Source: Mobula hypostoma
Lineage: Eukaryota
Direction: 5' to 3'
NCBI RefSeq assembly: GCF_963921235.1
Contig: NC_086107.1
Coordinates: 112,470,001-112,534,000, forward strand
Length of the DNA: 64,000 nt
The notes beneath the pieces were generated by a model, which saw nothing but the letters and a program-made list of their open reading frames with translations, was not told where the DNA came from and made no database searches. A program made the position numbers and the translations under genes. Of the stretch, positions 1-13,171 are shown piece after piece (within the stretch, counting starts at the first letter, position 1; each line of letters opens with the position of its first letter).

Positions 1-466
1 GGGTCGGGTTGCAACTCCAAAAGGACTGTCCATTCTCTCAAAACAGCGAAACAGCGAGCTGTGGGTCTCCCTCTCGGTGTGACAGGAGTGACACCTCTCT
101 CTCCTTTGATACTGAGAGAGAAAGAGTCTATGGCATGTCAAAGTGTTGGGATGAGCTATGTTTTTTTTTCTAGATCATGCTCTCTTGGGGGGCTTTGCTA
201 TCACTTGTTTGGTAGGGGGAGGATTGGTGCTTTGCTGCTACTTGTACATGAGAAGGGAAGGGGGCTTTGGGGTTCCAACATTTCTCTCTCATTCATTCTT
301 TGGGGGTTTTGCTTTCATTTTATGGATGTCTGTGAAGAGTAAGAATTTCAAGTTGTACACTGTATACATTCTCTGATATGAAATGGAACCATTGACCAGT
401 AAAACCTTCCCCAAGCACCACAGCTCATGTGGGTCTCTCAGTAATGGTACTGCACCTAGGAGTCAC

Positions 467-780
467 AATAGACAATAGACAATAGATGCAGGAGTAGGCC
501 ATTCAGCCCTTTGAGCCAGCACCGCCATTCACTGTGATCATGGCTGATCATCCACAATCAGTACCCTTTCCCTGCCTTCTCCCTATATCCCTTGACTCCG
601 CTATCTTTAAGAGCTCTATCTAACTCTTTCTTGAAAGAATCCAGAGAATTGGCCTCCACTGCCTTCTGAGGCAGAGCATTCCACAGAACCACAGCCCTCT
701 GTGTGAAAAAGTTTTTCCTCAACTCCGTTCTAAATTGTCTACTCCTTATTCTTAAACCCTGGCCTCTGGTTCTGGACTCC
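467..780 (-). mobile_element. CR1-type LINE 3' end
   Basis: ORF 558-839 ends RKNFFTQRAVVLWNALP...FKKELD; (ACAATAG)n tail at 467-486. Confidence 0.85.
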
Positions 781-3145
781 ACAAGTAAATAAAAGGCTTG
801 CGTTTTCTTGAAGTTAGGAGATGAAGGTGATTTAATCAAAGCAGTTTAACATATTTAATGAGGTAGATAATTATATTCTCAGATGAGCATCTGCGTCAAG
901 GAGAGAGAGGATTTTTTTCCCTTATAAAGGACAACGGAACACTCCGAAACACAAAGAAAATGCTATGAGTAATGAGGGACAACAAGACAAGGATCACCAA
1001 GATTAAAGCCGACAGATTTTTCTTTCAATTAAGAGCACAAAGGCTTACTGAGCAAAAACATGCAATGGGGACTGAGGTACAGATCACTCATGTTCCAAAT
1101 TGCTGAACAGTACAGACTCAACGGGCGGGATGGCCTCAACCTGACCTAGCATTTCCTGAAGCTTGTAAGGACCCTTAAAGTTCACTCATAAATATACCTT
1201 GCAACCTTTAGATCCTGCCTATCATGGTGCGGTTATGGTTCAAGTCTGAACTGATTCCACAACCTATGGTCTCACTTTCAAGGACTCTACAACTCATGTT
1301 CTCAATATTAATTATTATTTCATTATGATTTTGTTTTGTATTTGCAGAGATTGTCCTGTTTTGCACATTGATCGTCAGTCTTTGTGTATAGTTGGAGACC
1401 TGCGCCTCCTGCCTCAACTCTCAGATTGTGATGGGATTCTACTGATTGCCTCGTCGTGTGGCTCTTATGATATCTGCTGCACTCCCAGGCAATGAAAACT
1501 TGACATATTTACTGGACCATAGACGGTGGCAATGCGGATCATCCATGTCCCTCCCAACAGGGCAATCCTAATTTCCCCTGTGCTTTGCAACACACACAAA
1601 ATGCTGGAAGAACTCAGCAGGTCAGGCAGCATCTACGGAGGGCAATAAATAGTCAATGTTTTGGGCTGAGACCCTTCATCAGGATTGCTGCTGCCTGACC
1701 TGCTGAGCTCCTCCAGCGTTTTGTGTATGTTACTCCGGATTTCCAGCATCTGCAGAATCTCGCGTCCCCTGTCATAGTCACGGAGGGATTGGGAGGCCAA
1801 GTCGTTGGGCATATTTAAAGCAGAGGTTGATGGGATCTTGATTAGTAAGGGCGTCAAAGGTTATGGGGAGAAGGCAGAAAAGTGGGGTTGAAAGGGAAAA
1901 TAATGCAGCCATGATCGAATGGAGGAGCAGACTTGATGGGCTGAATGGCCTAATTTTACTCCTATGTCTTATTTTAGGCCTGCAACTTTATTTCCCTATC
2001 CCTTAACTCCTCTTTAATTCTTTTGCCATATAACCGACATTAAGGGATTGTTTACGACAGCCAATAAACCGGGGGTGTGGGAGGAAGCTGGTGCACCTGG
2101 GGAAATCCAGGAAGAGCCCATAAACTCCACTCAGACTGCACCTGAGTCAGGCTTGAACCCACGTCCCCAGAGCTCTGAGGGAGCAGAACTAACAGCTGCA
2201 ACACGACACGTGCTGGGTAGGTTCCCCCCGTGCCATCCCAGTAAACACGTCCAGGAGAGAGGACATGGCAGAAAAAGAGAGCAGCTCCTGTTTGTCTAAC
2301 AATGCCGACTGATGCTCTTATAAAGGAACAGGACTTTAAAACGGAAAGGTTTTGAGGATGTCCAAAACCACATTAACGGACAGCAAGGAACGTTAAGAGT
2401 AATTATTACTGAAATTTTATTTTATTGTTTTACTGAGATACAGCGAGGTACAAAGCCCTTTCGGCCCTTCGAGCCGTGCTGCCCTGATTTAACCCTTGCC
2501 TAATCACGGGACAATTTACAATCACTGATTAACCGGTAGGTTTGTGGACTGTGGGAGGAAACTCACACATTCCACAGGGAGAACATACAGACTCCTTACT
2601 GATGACTTTGGAAATCTGACCCCCTCACCCCAACCCTCCCGAGCTGTAATGGTATTGCACTAATTGCTACACTACCGTGGTGCCCAAAATGTAGGGAACT
2701 TTATAGCCTTTTTACACACACCAATTCTCTACAAACAATTAAGGGGAAAACAGCCCAATCATTTCTTTAGTAACGGTGAAGAATGGATGTAAAATAGCCA
2801 GGACAACAGGTAGATCGTTTGTTCACAGCATGGTAGCAGCTAACACAATGCTTTACAGCTCCAGCAACTAGGGTTCGATTCCCGCCACTGCCTCTAAGGA
2901 TTTTGTATATTCTCCCCGCGACCACACGGGTTTCCGCCACTTGCTCCGGTTTCCTCCCACTTTCCAAAGACGTACGGTCGGGGTTAGTACGTTGGGGGCA
3001 TGCTATGTTGGCGCCAGAGGCATGGTGACATCCTCACATTGGTCATTGATGAAGATGACACATTTCACGTGCTGTATCCTTCGATGTTTCAACATACATG
3101 AGAGAAAAAAAGCTCATCTCCACTTAAAGATAAAGCTAATGTGCT

Positions 3146-3541
3146 TTATCTAAATCAATGATGGCATGAACGTTGGTTTCTCAAATTACTCCCCCCCCAC
3201 CATTCCCCATTCCCATTTCCCTCACCTCCTCTCCTCACCTGCCCATCACCTCCCTCTAGTGCTCCTTCCCTTTCCTCCATGGCCTTCTGTCCTCCCCTAT
3301 CAGATTCCCCCTTTCTCCAGCCCTTTCTCTTTCACCAATCAACTTTCCAGCTCTTTACTTCACCCCCTCCCCCTTTCCTAGTTTCACCTATCACCCACCA
3401 ACTTGTACTTCTTCCTCCCCTCCCTGCAGAATCTTACTCTGACCCCCTCTTTGTTTCCAGTCCTGTTGAAGGGTCTCGGCCTGAAATGTCAACTGTTCAC
3501 TCTTTTCCATAGATGTTGCCTGGCCTGCCGAGTTCCTCCAG

Positions 3542-3596
<55 letters not shown>

Positions 3597-3601
3597 GTGT
3601 G
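3146..3601 (+). mobile_element. 5'-truncated Penelope-like element end
   Basis: GATGGCATGAAC...TTCTC (GMN..FS), pyrimidine-rich UTR, hammerhead-like motif 3458-3495, (GT)n; 14-bp TSD AAAGCTAATGTGCT (3132-3145 / 3602-3615). Confidence 0.7.
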
Positions 3602-6600
3602 AAAGCTAATGTGCTGCCTGATTTAGAGGGCGCGTCTCATGTCAACGGGTCAAGCGAGGCAGGGCTTTTCTCTTTGGAGCGAAGGAGGATGAGAGGAGAC
3701 TTGACAGAAGTGTAGAATGTGACAAGAGGTATAGAATGAGTGGGAACTCTTCTCCCAGGGAGGAAATGGCTAATACAAAGGGGCCAGAACTTTTAGATGT
3801 TTGGGGAAGATATAGAGGTAGGTATTTTACACAGAAAGTGGTGGGTCTGTGGGACGTACTGTCAGGAGTGGTGTTTGAGGCAGAAACATTAGGGAGATTA
3901 AGAGGCTCCTGTATAAGCATGTGAATGTAAGAAAAATGGAGGGCTATGTGGGATAGGTGCAACGTCATGGGCCGAACTGCCAGTGGTGTACTCTTCTATA
4001 TTCTATGCTCAAATCTCATCCACAAAGAAAGCCCAGGGAGAATTTTACATCCACTTTTACAAACAGACTAGAGCCCAGTATAACTCTGAAAGTGCATCAG
4101 CCCCTCAGGGCCAGTCAGACAACTTTGCTGCTCGGATCTCAGGTGTGATCTTTGAACACACAGCATTCTGACCCAGATGTACTGAGGCAGAGCTGGCAAT
4201 GATGCACGACCTTAGAGGATGGGACTGCGAGCTCAGGTTGCCTGAAGCTAGTCGTCAATCAGTTGATGTAACCTTAGTGTTCAGAGAGTCAGGGGCATTC
4301 AAGCAGAACCACAGTACAGGGCCTTAGAGGAGTAATTGTCCTCAAACGCCTGGCCAAATATAACATGGACTGAACACTGCGTTCTCTAATACAGTAGTCG
4401 CCAAGAAAATAGTTGAAGCATTTCAGACAGAAATGACAGAAGACAACCCTCAGAAAAATCATGCTGGAGTATTCGCTGTAGTTCCAGCAAGCTTCACATA
4501 TCATAAACTCGAGATTTGGCAGATACTGGAAATCCAGAGTAACACACACAAAATGCTGAGGAATCTCAGCAGGTCAGGCAGAGTCTAGAGAAGGGAATAA
4601 ACAGTCGATATTTCGGGCCGAAGCCCTTCGTCAAGTTTCACATATTGGGGCTGAGAGGAAAAATGGATCAGCCATGATGAAATGGCAGACTAGACTCGAT
4701 GGGCCAAATGGCCTAATTCTGTTCCTATATCTTATGGTCTTATATCAAACATTCTTTGTGTGGGAAAGGTAATGTTCCCCTCAAATCCCCATTACAACTC
4801 CTTTCACTCACCTTAAAACTATGTTCTCTTGTTTTTGATACCCTACAATGGGAAATCCCTTTCTAGCCCTTCATATGTCAATCAAGTTATTCCTCAGTCT
4901 CCATTGTACCAGGGAAAACAAGCCCAGTCCATCCAATCTCTCTCCATAACTAAAGTTCTCCAATCCAGTTAACATCCTGGTGAGCAAACACGCCACTATC
5001 TCCAGTTCCTACAGTACAGTGACCAGACTCTACACCATAATCCAAGTTTGGTCTAACTGGACTTCTGTAATGTTGCAGCACTATATACTGTGCCTCCAAC
5101 AATGAAGTCAAGCCTGCCATTTTCATTCCCAAGTTCAAAGTTCAAATAAATTTTATTATCAAAGTACATACATGTCACCATATACAACCCTGAGATTAAT
5201 TTTCCTGTGGGCATACTCAGCAGATCTATGGAATAGTAACTATAACAGGATCAATGAAAGATCAACCAGAGTGCAGAAGACAACAAACTGTGCAAATGCA
5301 AATATAAATAAATAGCAATAAATAACGAGAACATGAAATAAAGAGTCCTTAAAGTGAGACCATTGGTTGTGGGAACATTTCAATGATAGGGCAATTGAGT
5401 GTAGTTATCCTCTTTAGTTCAAGAGCCTGATGGTTGAGGGGTAGTAGCTGTTCCTGAACCTGGTGGTGTGAGACCTGAGGCTCCTGTACCTTCTACCTGA
5501 TGGCAGCAGTGAGAAGAGAGCATGGCCTGGATGGTGGGGATCTCTGATGATGGATGCTGCTTTCCTATGATAGTGTTTCATCACCCTACCCACCTGTGTT
5601 GTTACTTTTAGAGATAGATTTTCATTAGTAGTCACAGGTACATGGAAACATTGGAATGCACAGTGAATACGTTGTTCTCGTCAAATCAGATCAGTGAGGA
5701 TTGTACTGGGGGGCAGCGTTCAAGTGTTGCCAAGCTCCTAGCATCAATGTAGGATGCCCACCACTCACTATCCCTCGCCTGTATGCCTTAGGAATGTGGG
5801 AGGAAACCCCATGGTACAGACTCCTCACAGCCAACGGCCGGAATTGAACCCACATCCGCGATGCGCTACCTTCTATGCTACCGGGGTGCTCCTACTTTCA
5901 AGGAACTACAGAACTGATCTCAATGTCCACATCCTCACCAGCGATCCTCAGTGTCCTACCGTTTACGTCCACCTTCTGTTTGATTTTCCAAAATGCATCT
6001 CCTCACACTTGTCAAAATTAACTTCCATCTGCTAACGATCTGCCCAACGTTGCATCTGATCTTTATCCCGCTGTAGCCTTTGACAACCCTCTGATTGTTC
6101 ATAACACTACCAGCTTTTCTGCCACATCTATAAATACACTTATCTTATGTCCTACACTCACATGCCTTACATAAGGCACAAACGTTATGGGTTCCAGCAC
6201 CAACTCCTGAGGTACACCACCGGTGATAACAATTTTTAATGCTTCATTCTGAACGCTAGCACCTCCAACCACACTGTACTGTGTTACCGAGGATCCCACC
6301 CATCCATCCAGCATCCTCTTTCCACCATCAGGCAGGAGACACTGATGCATAAAGACAAGAACGGACAGGATGGGAAACAGCTTCTTCCCTCAGGCTGTTA
6401 GGCTTCTGAACTCCCTGCCGCATCACATTTGAAGTGTCATTGGTTAATTTTTTCTGTACCTTACAATTTATGTACTTTAGTTTGTTTATTTATATGTAAT
6501 CCATCTATAGATTTCATCCTTCCTTTCGTAAGTTATTTTGTGTTATGTATGTTATCTATACTACAGTACTTTGCACCCTGGTCTGCAGAAATGTCTCGTT

Positions 6601-6649
6601 TGACGGTATACATGTATATAATCAAATAACAATAAACTTGACTTGACTG

Positions 6650-7447
6650 ATATATGGAGATTTTTGCCCAAATCTCCAGAGAGCAAAGGGACCTGGGAAT
6701 CCTTTTGCAGGATTCCCTAAAGCAGAGGTTCCCAAGGTGTTTTCACACCTTGGACCCTATGTTGGGAACCTGTGCCCTGCAGGTTGAGTCAGTGTGAGGA
6801 AGGAAAACACAATGTTAGCATTCATTTTGAGAGGACTAGAATATAAAAGCAAGGAAGTTTTGCTGAGGCTTTATGAGGCAGTGGTCAGACTGCACTTGGA
6901 GTATTGTGAGCAGTTTTGGGCCCCTTATCCAAGAAAAGATTGGAGAGGGTCCAGAGGAGATGCACGAGAGTGATTCTAGGAATTAAAGGGTTAATATATG
7001 AGGAGCATTTGGTAACTCAGGGCCTGTACTCCATGGAGTTTAGAAGAATGGGGTTGGGGGGAATCTCACTGAAACCTATTGAATGTTGAAAGGCCTCGAT
7101 AGAATGGATGTGGAGAGGATGTTTATTTTGGTGGGGGTGTCTATGACCAGAGGGCACAGCTTCAGAATAATCAGATGTCCACTTAGAACAGAGATGAAGG
7201 TGAATTTCTTTAGCCAGAGGGTTGTGAATCTGTGAAAATCATTGCCACAGGTGGCAGTGGAGGCCAAGTCAGTGAGTATAGTTAAAGAGGAGGTTGATAG
7301 GTTTGTGATTCATCAATACTTCAAAGGTTATGGGGAAAAGGCTGGAGAATGGGGTTGAGAGGGATAATATACCAGACATTAATGAAAGGTAGGGCAGACT
7401 TGATGGGCCGAATGATCTAGTTCTGCTCCAGTGTCTTATGATCTCAT
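6650..7447 (+). mobile_element. Old CR1-type LINE 3' fragment
   Basis: Degenerate DLG...LEYCEQFW...RVVNL motifs and typical 3' UTR. Confidence 0.8.
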
Positions 7448-7947
7448 GGAATGGACTTGATCCCATGACCTTCTAAGTCAAAACCACTACAGTGCTACCA
7501 CTGAGCCATAACTGATGTAGCTTCTGGTCCTAACAAGGGCCATCAAGCATACCAGCCTCAGCATCTGACCACTACATCAGTGCAGCCAGGGGAGATAGAT
7601 GCACAGATGCTGTGTTACAACATGAGTAACTCTCTCCTTCAAAAACGTTTCTGTGGGCTGCTTTATCTCCATCACCCAGGACATCCCCTCTTCTCATTGC
7701 TGCCATCAGGGAGGAGGTACCGGAGCCTGAAGACACACACTCAACGTCTCATAGCTTCTTCCCCTCCGCCATCAGATTTCTGAATGGAAAATGAATCCCT
7801 GAGCCCCACTTCAATTTTTCCACGCTTTTCTTTAACTACTCATTTTAATGTATTTTTATATATACTCCATATTGTAAATTACTATGTATTGCAATGTATG
7901 ACAGCTGCAAAACAACAAATTTCACAACATATGCCAGTGATATTAAA

Positions 7948-8437
7948 TCTTGCGCGAAGATGAGGCCACCCTCAGGGTGGAGGAGCTGCACATTAAATTA
8001 CAGCTCGGTAGCCTCCAACCTGATGACATGAATATCAATTTCTCCTTCTGGTTAGGAAATTCACTCCCCCCTCCTCTATTCCCCACTCTGACCTTCTACT
8101 TCTTCTCACCTGCCTATTACTTCCTCCTGGGTCCCCTCCTCCTTCCCTTTCTCCCATGGTCCACTCTCCTCTACAATCAGATTCCTTCTTCTCCGGCCCT
8201 TGACCTTTCCCACCCACCTGGCTTCACCCGTCACCTTCTAGCCAGCCTCTTTCCCCTTCACCCCCACTCCCACCTTTTTATTCTGGTATCTTTCCCATTC
8301 CTTCTCAGCCTCGAGGAAGGGTCTCGGCCCGAAACATCGACTGTTTACTCTTTTCCATAGATGCTGCCTGGCCTGCTGAGTTCCTCCAGCATTTTGTGCG
8401 TGTTGCTCTGGATTTCCAGCACCTGCTTTCTCGTGTT
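7948..8437 (+). mobile_element. 5'-truncated Penelope-like element (GIY-YIG C-terminus plus terminal repeat with degenerate hammerhead)
   Basis: EATLRVEE.HI..QLGSLQPDDMNINFS resembles the PLE endonuclease C-terminus; pyrimidine-rich UTR; 10-bp TSD TGATATTAAA (7938-7947 / 8438-8447). Confidence 0.75.
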
Positions 8438-8685
8438 TGATATTAAACCAGATTCTGATTCTGGTCTAAGCAAGCCTTCACCAAACTTCCCATACAGTTA
8501 AAGTCACAGAAACAGGCCTTTCGGTCCACCATATGCATACTAGCCACAAGTAATTATCTCTATTAATCCTCTTTGCCACCATTTGGCCTGCAGCCTTCTG
8601 CTTAGATTAAAATTAAGAACATTGAGGGTGGATTATTAGGATTATTCTAGGTTGACTAAAATAAAGATTAGCTTTACAGTACAGT

Positions 8686-8992
8686 GTTAAGGCATCCATT
8701 AGTCTTGCGAGACCATGGATCTGCGCCTGGAAAGTCTTCACTCTCCAGGGCGCAGACCTGGGCAAGGTTGTATGGAAGACCAGCAGTTGCCCATGCTGCA
8801 AGTCTCCCCTCTCCACGACACCAATGTTGTCCAAGGGAAGGGCATTAGGACCCATACAGCTTGGCACCAGTGTCGTCGCAGAGCAATGTATGATTAAGTG
8901 CCTTGCTCAAGGACACAACACGTTGCCTCGGCTGGGGCTCGAACTCACAACCTTCAGGTAGCTAGTCCAAAGCCTTAACCACTTGGCCACAC
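8686..8992 (-). mobile_element. tRNA-derived SINE with RTE-like 3' part
   Basis: Minus strand: A box TGGCCAAGTGG, B box AGTTCGAGCC, then GTGTCCTTGAGCAAGGCACTTAA; tail related to the element at 11826-12378. Confidence 0.75.
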
Positions 8993-10184
8993 TCAGTACA
9001 GTGTAATGTGTCATTTACGTCAATAACCAGCACAGTCCGTGGGTGTGCAGGGGGCAGCCCACAAGTGTCATCGTGCTTCCAGCGCCAACATAGCATGCCC
9101 ACAGTTTACTAGCACTAACCCATACGTCTTCGCAATATGTTTGGAAAGCGGAGCATGCGGAGGGATCCCACATGGTCACAGGATTCAAACTCCTTATGAC
9201 CAGCAGCAGGAATTGAATCATAATCATACATCCTGCGTCACACTAACCACTACGTTACAGTCACACCCTACCCTTGGTGATTCAACAGCTCATCTCAATC
9301 AGGGGTTCCCAACCTGGGGTCCACGGACCCCTTGCTTAATGGTATTGGTCCTTGGCATAAAAAAAGGTTGCTCTACGGGAGTACCTGTCTCCACCACACA
9401 TGCAGGCACGAGGAATTCTGCAGATGCTGGAAATTCAAGCAACACACATCAAAGTTGCTGGTGAACACAGCAGGCCAGGCAGTATCTCTAGGAAGAGGTA
9501 CAGTCGAAGTTTCAGGCCGAGACCCAGTGTGTTTCAGACACAGATGTCGGAAATCCAGAGCAACACACACACACAAAATGCTGGAGGAACTCAGCAGCTC
9601 AGGGACCATTAATGGAATGAATAAACAGTCAATATTTTGGGCCGAGGCCCTTCGTCAGGACTGGAAAGGAAGGGGGAAGATGGCAGAATAAAAGGATGGA
9701 GGGAGGGGAAGCAGGACAGGTTAGGAGGTAACAGGTGGAGCCAGGTGAGTGGGAAAGGTGAAGGGCTGGAGAAGAAGGAATCTGACAGGAGGACCACAGG
9801 AAAAAGGGAAGAGGGAGGGGCACCAAGGAAAGGGGCAGAATTTTTTATTCTTTTCCAGTTCCAGTGAAGTGTCTCAGCCTGAAACATTGACTTTTTATTC
9901 ATTTCCATAGATGCTGCCTGACCTGCCAAGTTGTGTGTTCCCGATTCCAACCATCTTCTTTCTTAAATCCCCTCTCAGCCTCTTCTTACACCTTAACTTG
10001 ACCTATGCTCTCTAATTTTTGACACCCAATCTGTGGGAAACGATTCCCACTACCTACCCTCCTAACTATGCCCCTCAGAATTTTATAGACACAAGACATT
10101 CTGCAGGTGCTGGAAATTGTGAACAACGCACACAAAATGCTGGAAAACTCTGCAGGTCAGGCAGCGTCTATGGAGAGGAATAAA

Positions 10185-10222
10185 CAGTCGACATTTCGGG
10201 CCAAAACCCTTCATCAGGACTG
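10185..10222 (-). ncRNA. Minimal type-I hammerhead ribozyme motif
   Basis: CAGUC-CUGAUGA-A-GGGUUUUGGCCC-GAAA-UGUC-GACUG. Confidence 0.7.
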
Positions 10223-11825
10223 GTCCTGATGCAGGATCTTGGCCCAAAGCATTAAGTGTTTGTTTCCCTCCATAAGTGTTGGCTGACCTGCTGAGTTCCT
10301 CCAACATTTTGTCCGTGGTGCTCATAATTTTGTCTAACCAGATCTCTCAGTCTCAGCCGCCTCCACTCCAAGGTACATAAACCCAGCGTAGGTAGTCTAA
10401 ACACAAGGGATTCCGCAGATGCTGGAAATCTTCAGTAACACTGTTACCTTCAGTAACTTTTGATATGTAATCTACTTAAGTGTCTTTCCAAATATCTTTT
10501 AAATGGAGTAACACACAACAGAATTCTGGAGGAACTCAGCAAGTCAGGCAGCATCTATGGAGGGGAATAACCAGTTGGCGTTTTGGGCTGAAGCCCCTAG
10601 TCTGGACTCATCATAGGTAGCTAAGGCTCAGGAGATGCTCCTGGTGAATCTCCCCTGCACCCTCTCAGGTACAGTCACATCCTTTCAATAGAATGGTGAA
10701 CTGTTGACCTAAAGGTTCTTGATTAGTAAAGCTTTCAAAGGTCATTTGACCGTGGCGGATTTATTAACCCTCTCAACCCCATTCTCCCTCCTTCTCGATA
10801 GAGGGAGAAGGAGGAAGAATGGGGTTGAGAGGGTAAATAAATGAGCCATGATCGAATGACGGAGCAGACATGATGGGCTGGATGGCCTTTTCCTGCTCCT
10901 GTGTCTTATGGTCTTATGTCTAAAGTGATAAGAAACATTTGGAATATGGGGTCCAGTGAAAATTTACTCCCTAACCCAGTAATCTCAAATTCTGCAACAC
11001 TGCAGGTTGAGATCTATAATGGTCACTAAAAATTAATGTGGGTTGTAATAATTAATTCAAATTTTAATTTAGATTCTAATTTCTTCAAATAAATTAGAGC
11101 TTGCCTCAGTCAGAACAATCCTGAGTATTCATCTCCACTGGCCATTAAAAGCCAATTAAAATTAGCATGGTTAATGGTGTGTCTCATTTCTGTGTCCCCA
11201 TCCCCCTTAGACAAAAAAAAAATCTAAGTCACTAATTTACCAATGGAATAATGATTTAATTCAATAGATGAATCTCGGGCCTGTGCAGGAACAGCTGAGG
11301 AAATTAAACCTGGCTTCATTGATTGTCGAGAAGAATGGGATAATAATGGCAGAGCAGACTAGATGGGCTGAATGGCCTAATTCTGCTCCTAGATCTTAGG
11401 GTCATGTCTTGATTAGTAAGGATGTCAAAGGTTACAGGGGGGAAGGCGGGAGAATGGGTTCAGATGGATAATAAGTCAGCCATGATGGAATGGCAGAGCA
11501 GACTCATTGGGTCAATGGCCTAATTCTGCTCCTTGATCTTATGGTCATATCTTGATTAGTAAGGCTGTCGAAGGTTACGGGGAGAAGGCAGGAGAATGGG
11601 GTTGAGAGGGATAATAAATCAGCCATGATGGAATGGCGGAGCAGACTCAATGGGCCGAATGGCCTAATTCTGTTCCTGTGCCTCAGGGAATAATAAGCCC
11701 AAATGGTGGATGAAAGATAATAACCTGATTGAGTTAGCATTAGTAACAACACAAAATGCTGGAGGAACTCAACAGGTCAGACAGCATCATGGGGGAGGAA
11801 TAAACAGTTGACATTTTGGGTTGTC

Positions 11826-12378
11826 ATAGCCAGAGATGGAAGGTATTGGGGACGTGCTCCTACTACCTATTAAATGCTCCCAATGGCGTGTGCCTCAGAT
11901 AGCCTCTGACAACCAAGTCCAGCTCCTGACCTTCACGTGCAGCTGAGCTTCTAAGCCCAGTTGATCTAATCCTACCGACAGGAGAAGGGCCAATGGCAGG
12001 TCAATGACTCATTAAAACCAGTCACTTCGGGCAGATGAGGCTCATCAGCCGTGGTTGGCAGCCCATCTAGGAGAAGGGAAACTCTGATCTCAAACCTCCA
12101 CTGCCTTGTAGCTATACCCACTCCTGGGGAAGTCTTTGGGAGTAAACCCCAAGGGAAAAAATCCTCTAAAGCAGTCCTACGTTGAGTTCAACACTGACTG
12201 CAAACTCCTGTGATGCGGCTAGTGCCAAACTGTATCAGTCTCTGCCTTTCCTTAACAGTCATCAGCTGCTTGGAGAGGGGGAGCCTGCTGTATGGGCAAC
12301 AGCTTGCCGTCCATATTGTACTGCCCTTGTAGACAGCTGCAACGCAACATCCGTGGTCAACCGCGACCAGAAGAGAGC
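11826..12378 (+). mobile_element. Non-coding RTE-related element; second copy at about 55580-56110(-)
   Basis: The two colinear copies share TCTAGGAGAAGG.AAACTCTGATCTCAAACCTCC.CTGCC, resembling RTE 5' UTRs; no ORF. Confidence 0.6.
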
Positions 12379-13171
12379 GTCAAAAGATGCTGTTGCTGCC
12401 TGACCTGCTGAGTTCCTTCAGCATTCTGAGTGTGTGTGTTATTCTGTATTTACAGCAGCTGCAGAATTTCTTGTGTTTATGAGCTACCACTCTGGCTCGG
12501 CGATGCTCCTGTGAGAAAACGGAGTTGAGTTCGGGTGGAAACACAAGTAAGTGATTTGGAGGAAGGTCTGAGATTAATTCCAAGCTTTTGAACATAGAAC
12601 ACAGAACACCACAGCATAGAGCTGGACCCTCAGCCCACGATGTTGTGCTGACCTTTTAACATACTCTAAAATCAAACCTTCTTACATAGGCCTCCATGTT
12701 TCCATCATCCATGTGCCTATCTAACAGTTTTTAAATGTCCCTAATGTATCTGCCTCTACCACCATTCTCTGTAAAGAACTTACCTCTGATATTCCCCCGA
12801 TACTTTCCTCCAATCACCTTAAAAAAAATGGCCCCTGGTATTAGCTATTTCTGCCCTGGGAAAAAGTCTCTGGCTATCCGCTCGATCTGTGCTTCTTATC
12901 ATTTTGGACACATCTATAAAGTCACCTCTCACCTCCTATCTTATGATGTCTTGGTGACTCAAACAGGCTCAAGAATCCGGACACAACTACAAGAGATTCT
13001 GCAGATGCTGGAAATCCAGAGCAACACGCACAAAATGGTGGGGGAACTCAGCAGGTCAGGCAGCATCTATAGAAATGAATAAACAGTTGGTGTTTCAGGC
13101 CAAGATTCCTACATCAGGACCTTCCTGATGTTCCAATGAAGCGTCCCAGCCCAAAATGTTGAATGACTGCT

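Noticed and set aside
8920..8992. tRNA-like sequences (also 45549 and the V-SINE heads)
   Set aside because: A and B boxes are present but run into SINE bodies; no complete cloverleaf.
11900..11962. Possible HDV-like ribozyme at the 5' end of the RTE-related element (TTCACGT...CTAAGCC; also 55981-56040)
   Set aside because: I could not build P1/P3/P1.1. The sequence folds more simply as two hairpins (GCCAAG/CTTGGC and CTTAG/CTAAG). A descriptor search on the consensus would settle it.
12480..12552. Short unique stretch with a GTAAGT donor-like site (+) and an acceptor-like site (-)
   Set aside because: No recognisable peptide or matching partner splice site.
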